Below are positions 9,226 through 17,046 of a stretch of DNA of 64,000 nucleotides, one piece after another. Made by a program: the position numbers and the translations under genes. Below the pieces are notes generated by a model, which saw only the letters and a list, made by a program, of their open reading frames with translations, did not search any database and was not told the origin of the DNA. Location of the stretch: IMG/VR virus record IMGVR_UViG_3300012346_000380, positions 64,001 to 128,000 of that record; one strand, written 5' to 3'. The first letter of the stretch is position 1. Every line of letters begins with the position of its first letter. Origin of the DNA: a virus. Lineage: Duplodnaviria; Heunggongvirae; Uroviricota; Caudoviricetes.

Positions 9226-10366
9226 CTTGTAATCTTGCTTCTAAATTTTTAAAATGATTTAAATTATCGATAAGTCTCGGCTTAGCATGTTCAAAGTCCG
9301 GATCATTAATAATTTGATTAATTAATTTAACGCCTTCTTCAACTCTATTAGTCCAAAAACAAGCAACTGATAATTCATCATTGACATATTTACCATAACA
9401 ATTAGATGTTACAAATAATAAATATTTACTTTGTGCATATTTTAAAGAGATGTCTTTGGCTTTTTTCAAATAATCATAAGCCAATTCATGATTTCCTATT
9501 TTATTTAAATAAGTACCTAAATGAAAATATGGTTCAGCTCTATCTGGTGAAATTTCTATAGCAGCATTCATTTCATCAATGATTAAATTTGGATCTGAAT
9601 CTGGTATAGCCATTAAACATCTTGAAATTCTCATTTGAGCTTCAAATCTTTCTTCACTCCAAGTATCTTTTAATCTTGTATAAAGCCTATTCCATTGTAA
9701 ACCTTCTATCATCATGTTAGAATCCATATAACTCTGTGCACAGTAGAAGGCTGATCTGTGATTTAATCCATCTGGATCATCTACCAAAGTATCGAAGAAT
9801 TGCTTTTTCAATCTTTCAGCATCGTAAAAATATTTCTTAGGATCAAATGCTCTTGATCCAACTGGATCGCATATAACCCAACCTCTTGTTGATAAATCTC
9901 CTACTGTGTAATGAGGTCTTTCAATACATTTAATTATCGTATGCGCTGTTCCACAGAATTTCCAATGCACTCTATTATTATAAATGACTGTTGCTTTGTA
10001 AGTTGCAGTTCCACGTTTCATAGTCATGTGATATGCATCTTCACCAGCATCGTCATTAGTAAAACTAAAATCACCTGCTAAAATATCATCAGCGTCTAAA
10101 TGCAATACGTAATCTGTTTTACCATGTACATATTCCATCATCATGTTTTTATTTTTGTCAAAACCGAGCCATTCATCGTTATGAATTTCTCCTGGAATTC
10201 CAGTACGATCCATAAACTCTTGGACAATTTCTAACGTTCTATCAGTAGAACCGTTATCGGCAACTACTAGATAATCAATATATGGTGCAACTGCATCAAG
10301 AACTTGTCCTATGACGTGTTCTTCATTTTTACACATAGTTGCAAATGCTAATGTTGGTCTGTTCAT
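9218..10366 (-). CDS. GT2-family glycosyltransferase with C-terminal TPR repeats
   Basis: Start re-assigned to MNRPTL (10366); MCKNEE, VADNGSTDRT, LHLDADD (DxD), TPR-like PDRAEPYFHLG; 8-nt overlap with glf. Confidence 0.85.
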   Translation of the reverse strand: MNRPTLAFATMCKNEEHVIGQVLDAVAPYIDYLVVADNGSTDRTLEIVQEFMDRTGIPGEIHNDEWLGFDKNKNMMMEYVHGKTDYVLHLDADDILAGDFSFTNDDAGEDAYHMTMKRGTATYKATVIYNNRVHWKFCGTAHTIIKCIERPHYTVGDLSTRGWVICDPVGSRAFDPKKYFYDAERLKKQFFDTLVDDPDGLNHRSAFYCAQSYMDSNMMIEGLQWNRLYTRLKDTWSEERFEAQMRISRCLMAIPDSDPNLIIDEMNAAIEISPDRAEPYFHLGTYLNKIGNHELAYDYLKKAKDISLKYAQSKYLLFVTSNCYGKYVNDELSVACFWTNRVEEGVKLINQIINDPDFEHAKPRLIDNLNHFKNLEARLQDA

Positions 10367-10371
10367 AATTA

Positions 10372-11265
10372 TTATTTTACGTCTACGATTTCGCCCCATT
10401 CTCTTTGGGCATTGATTGATTGTTTAGTGTCTTCATTTTCAGGCTTAGGATTACCTCCTACATTCCAGAACCAAGCTCCAGGATTTCCATTTTTAAGCAT
10501 TAATTCCCATGCTTTAGCGTCATAATTCAATGCACTTGGAAATGGCGGTTCAAACTCAGCTGCTACGTTTTGGCTAAATTCTTTTGGATGTGACCAAATA
10601 GTTGCTCTACCTCTTTCACCATCTTTGATGTTTCTAGCTACTGCAACTCCATTAAATTCTGCATTAGGCCATGCAATTTGCAAAGCTCTACCTAAAACAC
10701 CAGTTGAAATAGCATGCCAAACTTCTTTAGGTTCACCGTGTACTTGTGCCATATCATAAGCTACTTTAACTGCAGCTGCTGTAACTAATTCGTGTCTTAA
10801 ACCTAAAGGTATAAAAAAGCCATTGTTTTCTTTGGCCCAATCAGCTGCAATTTTATTAAGATTTGGCATTGCTGCAATTCTACGGAATTTCATATCTGCG
10901 CCTCTTTCAATACAAATGGCTTGATGATCTGAAATTTCTTTTTGACTTGGACTAAAAAGAACTAGTTTTTTATTGTATTTCTCAGCTAAATAAGCTAATG
11001 AAATTCCAGCAAAACCATATCTTGGCTGTACATAAACTAAAGTATCTGATGGACAACTTTGAACTAAAATATCACCAAAGCGACACTTAGAACCAAAGCC
11101 CATTAAATCTTCTCTAACTACATTAAATCCTTCGTGTTCTTTTACAATAGGCGCTGGAAATGGATCTTTCCAATCTCCTGCTAATTCTAACCAAGCATCT
11201 CTATTTGGGTAAGCTAAATTTAAGTCTTGATTAAAACTACTTTTTGTATGATTATTGTGTGACAT
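10372..11265 (-). CDS. PLP-dependent enzyme (fold type II, ACC-deaminase/cysteine-synthase-like)
   Basis: VVREDLMGFGSKCRF (Schiff-base Lys region), AISTGVLG phosphate loop, LNYDAKAW, FWNVGG. Confidence 0.75.
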   Translation of the reverse strand: MSHNNHTKSSFNQDLNLAYPNRDAWLELAGDWKDPFPAPIVKEHEGFNVVREDLMGFGSKCRFGDILVQSCPSDTLVYVQPRYGFAGISLAYLAEKYNKKLVLFSPSQKEISDHQAICIERGADMKFRRIAAMPNLNKIAADWAKENNGFFIPLGLRHELVTAAAVKVAYDMAQVHGEPKEVWHAISTGVLGRALQIAWPNAEFNGVAVARNIKDGERGRATIWSHPKEFSQNVAAEFEPPFPSALNYDAKAWELMLKNGNPGAWFWNVGGNPKPENEDTKQSINAQREWGEIVDVK

Positions 11266-12318
11266 TTAATCTTTTTTAAGTGAAAATGATTCTGGAAATA
11301 TCCAAGTATAAGGTATTCTTTTTGTTGGTGATTTAACACCATGTGAGATTGCAATGTGTTTATAAAAGAAACATGTTTTATCTTCTATGTTTAACCATTT
11401 TTGGCTTGTCATTGGATTCTTAGGATGATTAACTAAAGTTTCCATTTGTTCTAACCACAACTCAGCATATTTATTCTCGGCAATAAATTCGCCGTTTTTA
11501 CCGATAGTGTACTTAACTTTACCATTAACATTAACACCGCTAAAAACTTGTTGCATACCATCAAAGTGTCCTGTTCCACCATATAAAGGTGTTTCTGGAT
11601 CTATTAAATGTGGATATGCCATGGCTAAATATCTAGCTGCATTTTTACATGGATATAAAGGACTTCTAAAGTTTTGATCCTCTTTAAAATACTTCTCCAT
11701 GATTTTAGCAAATTCCATCATCGTATAAGGTCTGTCTAAATTCTCTAGAACATGTGACATTTTTTCTGCCGCTCTTTTTGGACCCCACAGAAGCCACTCC
11801 TTAACATCTGTGCCCTTTGGATAGTATATCTGAAACAGATCATTGCGTGCGTGTCTATTATCTTTAAAATGTTTCTTAAGAGCTTCTTCACCATCATTAA
11901 TTAACATTGTTAAAGTTCCCCAATGCTCATTTGTAAATGAAAACACCAAAGTATACCAAAGTCTTTTCATTGGATCAGTCACATCTTTCATTAAATCACA
12001 AAAAGGATGTTCATGCCAGTGTAATCTGTGTGAAAATATCTGATAATCTTCAGCTAATAATTTGTCTTGTCTTTTATCAAAGGCTTCGCAAAATTCAAAG
12101 AATTTATCAAAACGTTCTTCTTGCGTCCAATCTTTCATCCAAGATTCAATAGGCTTGCCATTTTTCATTTTAACATCAGCCGTATTTGGATATTCGATGT
12201 TTGTATAATGAACGCCTTCGTCTTCAAACAAAGATTCTGCTTGCTGATATTTCTTTTTTGCTTTTGGTAATTCGCAAGCATCTGGTCTTATAAAATCTTC
12301 TGCTAATAAAGTATTCAT
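11266..12318 (-). CDS. aGPT-Pplase / amino-acid:DNA transferase-like protein, paralog 2
   Basis: YPCKNAARYLAMAYP, YGGTGHFDGM and NIEDKTCFFYKH follow the order of the family's helix, Gly-loop and ExxxC motifs. Confidence 0.55.
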   Translation of the reverse strand: MNTLLAEDFIRPDACELPKAKKKYQQAESLFEDEGVHYTNIEYPNTADVKMKNGKPIESWMKDWTQEERFDKFFEFCEAFDKRQDKLLAEDYQIFSHRLHWHEHPFCDLMKDVTDPMKRLWYTLVFSFTNEHWGTLTMLINDGEEALKKHFKDNRHARNDLFQIYYPKGTDVKEWLLWGPKRAAEKMSHVLENLDRPYTMMEFAKIMEKYFKEDQNFRSPLYPCKNAARYLAMAYPHLIDPETPLYGGTGHFDGMQQVFSGVNVNGKVKYTIGKNGEFIAENKYAELWLEQMETLVNHPKNPMTSQKWLNIEDKTCFFYKHIAISHGVKSPTKRIPYTWIFPESFSLKKD

Positions 12319-13541
12319 TATTTGTATATTTTTTTAACCATTTCTTTATATTGATCTACTGTTAGGCCAGCTTCTACTAAAATTTTATCATCCGATGGGT
12401 GACTAGTCATTCCATTAAACGTCTTAACTATACCTAAATCTAACATGGCTTTTTGTCTGCCAAATGGATGATCTTTTATTGTACTACTATTCCAGACTGT
12501 GTCCATGTCTACGTGGTTGTAATCTTTTCCTGGCCTTAAGTAGTTTTCGATCCATCTAATATAATCACAGGCCACGTCTTCTGCGTTATATGGCAGCGAT
12601 CCTGTATCTGCATAGATCTTAGTCATAACAGCATCCAAGAATTCTTCTCCTTTTTTATTACCTTTACCATTTTCAGGATCTGCTAAATAACCAATACATT
12701 CTACTGCGTTAGTTCCATAGTAAAACATAGATTCTCTAACAACATATTCTGGGTACCAATCTGCGATGTCTGCAATAACTGCAGCATATTGAAATCTATA
12801 AGCTCTTAGCCCATTATCATAGTTCCATTTAAAAAGCCATTCACCTAATTCTCTAAGTTGTTTCTTTTCTCCAGTTGTTAAATATATTGCTAATTCTCTA
12901 GCTAATCTTGGTGCAAATTCACAAAGATAATAATCTCCACCTCTTTTGTAAGTGTATTTTACTTCATTAGAAAATCCTGTCATACCAACAAATAAATCTT
13001 CTGAATTAGTTTGATTTTCTGGTGGCTTTGGAAAGGCTGGAAATTGATAACCAACTGAAGTATAAAATGGATATTGGTGTGATTTAATCACTTCGCACAT
13101 ATCTTCTATCGTATCACATTCATGTAAATGAAATAAGATTGTGTTGTGATAACCGGAAGGTTTAGTTGCATAATTAATTCCAGAACCCGTAACTCTGTGC
13201 AGAATAAAAAGATAAAGCCATTCTTCTAATCCAAATGTTTTCTGCTTTCCTGTCCAGTTTTTAGCAACTTCTTCTCGCTGTGGTGTGTAAATGCCATTTT
13301 TCATTTTATCCCAATAAGGATGCTCTGGTGTCCAACCATAAAAAATATCGTTTACAATTTGAGAAAAACCTGCATATTTTCTTTCAACAACATCATAAAG
13401 TTCTATGTGCTCCATTAAAGAATCGCCCATATTACTTTCCATATATCCAACTGTTCCTAAATTACAAAGATCTTGCTGCTTTTGTGCAAGATCAAAGTAT
13501 CTTATAAACTCGTCGTAATATCTTGTAGTTTGAATTTTCAT
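12318..13541 (-). CDS. aGPT-Pplase / amino-acid:DNA transferase-like protein, paralog 1
   Basis: FQYAAVIADIADWYP, YYGTNAVECI, NAEDVACDYIRW; next to a PLP enzyme as in known thymidine hypermodification loci. Confidence 0.6.
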   Translation of the reverse strand: MKIQTTRYYDEFIRYFDLAQKQQDLCNLGTVGYMESNMGDSLMEHIELYDVVERKYAGFSQIVNDIFYGWTPEHPYWDKMKNGIYTPQREEVAKNWTGKQKTFGLEEWLYLFILHRVTGSGINYATKPSGYHNTILFHLHECDTIEDMCEVIKSHQYPFYTSVGYQFPAFPKPPENQTNSEDLFVGMTGFSNEVKYTYKRGGDYYLCEFAPRLARELAIYLTTGEKKQLRELGEWLFKWNYDNGLRAYRFQYAAVIADIADWYPEYVVRESMFYYGTNAVECIGYLADPENGKGNKKGEEFLDAVMTKIYADTGSLPYNAEDVACDYIRWIENYLRPGKDYNHVDMDTVWNSSTIKDHPFGRQKAMLDLGIVKTFNGMTSHPSDDKILVEAGLTVDQYKEMVKKIYK

Positions 13542-13795
13542 TATGCGTTATGCTTTTCAAAAATATCGTAATAGTCTCCTTCGGTTTTTACACCGACAGT
13601 ACGCTCTAATTCTGTGTTTGATTCATCTACTAAAATAACAGTAGGCACACTTCTAATTCCAAATTGTGCTGATAACTCTTCGTTCTCATCTACATTAATT
13701 TTTTCAACAGTGTACTTTTGGCCAACCTTTTCCATAATTGGTCCTAACATTCTACAAGGTCCACACCAAGGTGCAGAAAAATATAAATATTTCAT
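13541..13795 (-). CDS. Thioredoxin
   Basis: Start re-assigned to MKYLYF; WCGPC active site, GIRSVPT. Confidence 0.92.
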   Translation of the reverse strand: MKYLYFSAPWCGPCRMLGPIMEKVGQKYTVEKINVDENEELSAQFGIRSVPTVILVDESNTELERTVGVKTEGDYYDIFEKHNA

Positions 13796-13812
13796 AAATT
13801 TATGTTTGCGTC

Positions 13813-14892
13813 TTAAAATAAAGACATTGTTTTCTTTTCTAATCTTTTGTTTGGGCAATTTGCTGTCATGTCCCATCGATAATACTCTCTAGAAATATGA
13901 ACAGATTTTGGTTGTTCCATCACATCAAACGTTAATTCACCTTTATCATTAAAATAAACATCCGAATGTTTGTAAACTTTCCAATTATTTCTTTTACACA
14001 TTTCATCAATATAGTTATTGATTTCTTTAGACAATTGAGTACGTTCTAACCAAGAGCCGTAAAATGGAGTGTCTTTATAATAACCTGTTTTTGGTAAAAC
14101 TCTTGATTCATTTTCGATTGGTAAAACATGGATCAATTCAATATTACTAATTCCGTTTTCTTGTAACGCTTTAAGCTGTTGCTCATAATTTTTCATCATG
14201 ATTTCAACTGCATTTTTAGGATTAGCTTGTCTCATCAAGTGATGTCTAACATCAATATTACCCATATAACACGTTAATGTTTTTATCCATGGATAAATGT
14301 AAGAATCTAATCCTCTTTTAAGAGCACCGTGCATTGTTAAACCATCGTGTCTTTGACACATATAACCAGCTTGATACATTCCAAATGAATGACTATCGCC
14401 AAAACAAAGCTTGTCTGTTTTTTCAATATGATCTATTTTAGGAATGTCATTAGCACAAATACCTTTGATCAAATCAATGTCTTGTTCTAAAGTCTTAAAC
14501 AAATCTGTACCTGTTTTTAATCGTTGTTCAATTAAAGCACCGATACATGGCATCTCATGATGTAAACTGTACATCTTAACTTTACTCTTAATGCGAATTA
14601 TTTGATTGTATAAATCATCATTAGCTCCTCCAAAAATATTAAAGTTGCCTTTGAATTCCATACCATGATCGATTAAGATAATGTCATAGTTATTCCAATC
14701 AGTTTCGTTAGATGTGATAACATCTACGCTTTCAAATCCAGCATTTGTCAATTGATTGGCAATCATAAAACACCACGCAGATTTATGCGAACTAATCTTA
14801 GGGCTTAATTTACCAACAAGAGCTGAAATACCAATCTTAGCTGATTTGTCAGTAACGTAGTCTGTAAAATAACTAAACTCTTGATTATTCAT
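13813..14892 (-). CDS. Two-domain protein: T4 beta-glucosyltransferase-like N-domain plus SGNH-hydrolase-like C-domain
   Basis: Start re-assigned to MNNQEF; N-domain VDVI...DWNNYDIILI...FNIFGG...KSKVKMYSL; C-domain FGDSHS, YMGNIDVRHH, SVHI. Confidence 0.55.
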   Translation of the reverse strand: MNNQEFSYFTDYVTDKSAKIGISALVGKLSPKISSHKSAWCFMIANQLTNAGFESVDVITSNETDWNNYDIILIDHGMEFKGNFNIFGGANDDLYNQIIRIKSKVKMYSLHHEMPCIGALIEQRLKTGTDLFKTLEQDIDLIKGICANDIPKIDHIEKTDKLCFGDSHSFGMYQAGYMCQRHDGLTMHGALKRGLDSYIYPWIKTLTCYMGNIDVRHHLMRQANPKNAVEIMMKNYEQQLKALQENGISNIELIHVLPIENESRVLPKTGYYKDTPFYGSWLERTQLSKEINNYIDEMCKRNNWKVYKHSDVYFNDKGELTFDVMEQPKSVHISREYYRWDMTANCPNKRLEKKTMSLF

Positions 14893-15184
14893 TCGTAACT
14901 GGTTTTTCAGTGTCTTTATAACCGAATTTTTCAACATAATTATCTAGAGCACCTAAGTAAGCTACTGCATCTAATAAATTATCTTGTTTGTAGTTGTATG
15001 AGTGACGACTTAATTTTAATGCAACTAAAGCTGCATACATGTCACTACCAGAAAAATCTTTACCAGTCATACCGCTGGCAATTTGTGCGGCTCTGCGCAT
15101 ACCTTCTTCAAATGGACCGTATTGACGTTCTTTTTCTTCAGAGCGTTCATTAATAATCTTGTTTGCTTGGTCTAATATGTTCAT
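14885..15184 (-). CDS. DUF6378-like small all-alpha protein
   Basis: RQYGPFE...LVALKLSR...DNLLDAVAY pattern. Confidence 0.65.
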   Translation of the reverse strand: MNILDQANKIINERSEEKERQYGPFEEGMRRAAQIASGMTGKDFSGSDMYAALVALKLSRHSYNYKQDNLLDAVAYLGALDNYVEKFGYKDTEKPVTNE

Positions 15185-15200
15185 AGATTATGTTTTAGAT

Positions 15201-15229
15201 ATTATATTTATACGAATTAATTTGTTTCA
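15201..15229 (-). promoter_or_regulatory. Putative early/middle promoter TGAAAC-N17-TATAAT heading the modification cluster
   Basis: Exact motif and spacing match to the other four copies. Confidence 0.7.
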
Positions 15230-15480
15230 GTTTTTGGCCAACCACCTAATGGCATAATTTTACCGTTATCGATTGGACCATTTTCATTCACCCAATCTTC
15301 TCTACCCGAGGCAACTCCCATAACTTTAATAAAGCCACATGTAAATGCTTTTACTTTATCTATGGCCATTTGAGCATCTTCAGCCATTACGCATGCAACA
15401 AAATCAGACTTATTGCTCCAGTTTGGAACTAATAACATTTCATCTTTGTAATGTAAATAATAAATCGTGTATGGTTTCAT
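15217..15480 (-). CDS. Hypothetical protein (87 aa)
   Basis: Start re-assigned to MKPYTIYY, preceded by an A-rich leader; the longer track ORF runs through intergenic DNA. Confidence 0.6.
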   Translation of the reverse strand: MKPYTIYYLHYKDEMLLVPNWSNKSDFVACVMAEDAQMAIDKVKAFTCGFIKVMGVASGREDWVNENGPIDNGKIMPLGGWPKTETN

Positions 15481-15600
15481 TTTGTTTCTTTTAATTATGT
15501 AGTAAATATACAAAAAAAATCTCAAATATAAAAATATTTTAGCAACTTTTTTAATAAATAGTTTGTCGAATAACCGACTTAAATAAACTATTGATAACCA

Positions 15601-15732
15601 ATGGCTAAAGCTTCTTCTCCAAACGGTGGCGCTTTTCAAAAGACTAAAAAATCTGGTAAAGCATCAAAGAAACAATCTAACAACAAGCACTCTAAAAACT
15701 ACAAGAAAAAGTATAGAGGACAAGGTCGTTAA
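15601..15732 (+). CDS. Small basic peptide (43 aa) ending YRGQGR
   Basis: MAKASSPNGGAFQKTKKSGKASKKQSNNKHSKNYKKKYRGQGR; upstream AATAAATA box at 15553-15560; bidirectional terminator right after the stop; below the track length cut-off. Confidence 0.8.
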   Translation: MAKASSPNGGAFQKTKKSGKASKKQSNNKHSKNYKKKYRGQGR

Positions 15733-15734
15733 AT

Positions 15735-15765
15735 AAAAAAGTCTAACCAACGGTTAGACTTTTTT
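15735..15765. terminator. Bidirectional intrinsic terminator
   Basis: AAAAAAGTCTAACC-AAC-GGTTAGACTTTTTT between convergent genes. Confidence 0.8.
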
Positions 15766-15985
15766 TAGTATTTAAATATGTGTTTAGTAATTTAGTAATT
15801 CTTTGTAATTCATCTGCATTAAAATTAGAATTTACAACAGATGCTAATACAAATTGATCTATCATTCTTTTACAAGTTTGAAAATGTTCTTCAGTATTAG
15901 AAGTATCTACACATTTGATTATTTTATCAACTGCAGCATGTGACCATTTTTCATAATCTACTTTAAATATTTTGAATATATCCAT
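15743..15985 (-). CDS. Hypothetical protein (80 aa)
   Basis: ORF fills the gap between two terminators. Confidence 0.6.
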   Translation of the reverse strand: MDIFKIFKVDYEKWSHAAVDKIIKCVDTSNTEEHFQTCKRMIDQFVLASVVNSNFNADELQRITKLLNTYLNTKKSLTVG

Positions 15986-15998
15986 ATCTTTATAAAAT

Positions 15999-16028
15999 AA
16001 AAAACTCAGCTTTTATACTGAGTTTTTT
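15999..16028 (-). terminator. Intrinsic terminator
   Basis: AAAAAACTCAG...CTGAGTTTTTT inverted repeat after the 148-aa gene. Confidence 0.75.
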
Positions 16029-16040
16029 TAATTTGTTTAT

Positions 16041-16487
16041 TTAAAGCTTTCCATACTTTTCGAAAATAAAAGATTCGTATGATTTCGCTAGCTTTTTCTC
16101 GCGTTTCTTTTTCTTTTTCTTTTCTTTTTCGTATTCATCATCAGCATCGCCTCTACCAGCTGGTTTATCACCAGAACCGACGGCGCCTGTACCTAAATCT
16201 GGTAAAGCTATTTTACCCATACCCATACCTGGCATTCCAACAGATTGCGGTCCATTTGATCCAGTTGCAAAACCCATAGATTCGTTTGAATCTGATTCTA
16301 CAGTGTCTGGTAAACCCTCGTGTGGTGTAGTAGCATAATCTTTAAGTTGTTCGATACTCATTGAATTAACAAGTTCTTTAACTTTATCTTTATACTCTGC
16401 ACCAACTTGAGCAATATTCATGTAACCTTGCTTAACTGAATAAGCTAGTCCCATTAATCTTTGTTGTGCTTTTGATTTTGCTGGCAT
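16041..16487 (-). CDS. DUF3008-like protein with Gly-rich and Lys-rich C-terminal region
   Basis: MPAKSKAQQRLMG...YATTPHEGLP N-terminus; C-terminal KSYESFIFEK motif. Confidence 0.6.
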   Translation of the reverse strand: MPAKSKAQQRLMGLAYSVKQGYMNIAQVGAEYKDKVKELVNSMSIEQLKDYATTPHEGLPDTVESDSNESMGFATGSNGPQSVGMPGMGMGKIALPDLGTGAVGSGDKPAGRGDADDEYEKEKKKKKKREKKLAKSYESFIFEKYGKL

Positions 16488-16501
16488 GTTTATGTTTTAT
16501 T

Positions 16502-17020
16502 TTATAGGATAATATCACCTAATTTTAAAATAGATAATGCATTTTCTAAGTTTTTAGGACTCAAACTGTTAAATACAAGTTCTTTAACTTGGTGTGATGC
16601 ATCGCTTTTATATTCTTTATTACTACCATCGATTGCTCTCATAGGACGCATTTCGTGTGCTTGTTTAGTCCAATCTTCAAGATCTTTTAATTTTTGATTA
16701 CCTTCGGCGTGGTTATCGAATAAATCTGAATCGGTCTTATATACAAACTGCATAGAAATATAGCTGTTATTATGTCCTACGTGAACTGCAATAATTTCAA
16801 TTTTAGCATTTTTAAGACCTTTACTTGCGCCTGGACCTCCCCAGTTTCTACCAACCATTTTTTTAAGTTCTTCTCCGTTGATAGTTTTACCAACAGCTCC
16901 TTGTAAAACTTCTAATACTTGTTGTGCCTTTTCATCTATGTTTTTAGGTGTCACTCTACCTAATTTAACTTCAGCTTTAGCTTCGTTAATAAATTGTTCG
17001 AATAATTGAATGTGTTTCAT
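16502..17020 (-). CDS. Putative internal head protein
   Basis: Start re-assigned to MKHIQLFEQFINE (targeting-like motif, near-identical to the one at 3312). Confidence 0.65.
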   Translation of the reverse strand: MKHIQLFEQFINEAKAEVKLGRVTPKNIDEKAQQVLEVLQGAVGKTINGEELKKMVGRNWGGPGASKGLKNAKIEIIAVHVGHNNSYISMQFVYKTDSDLFDNHAEGNQKLKDLEDWTKQAHEMRPMRAIDGSNKEYKSDASHQVKELVFNSLSPKNLENALSILKLGDIIL

Positions 17021-17046
17021 TTTATATTTGTCTATTTTGATTTTGA

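Noticed and set aside
7601-15184. Naming the exact modified base (e.g. 5-NeOmdU or glucosyl-hmC)
   Set aside because: The hydroxymethylase and DNA kinase that would define the precursor are not in this window.
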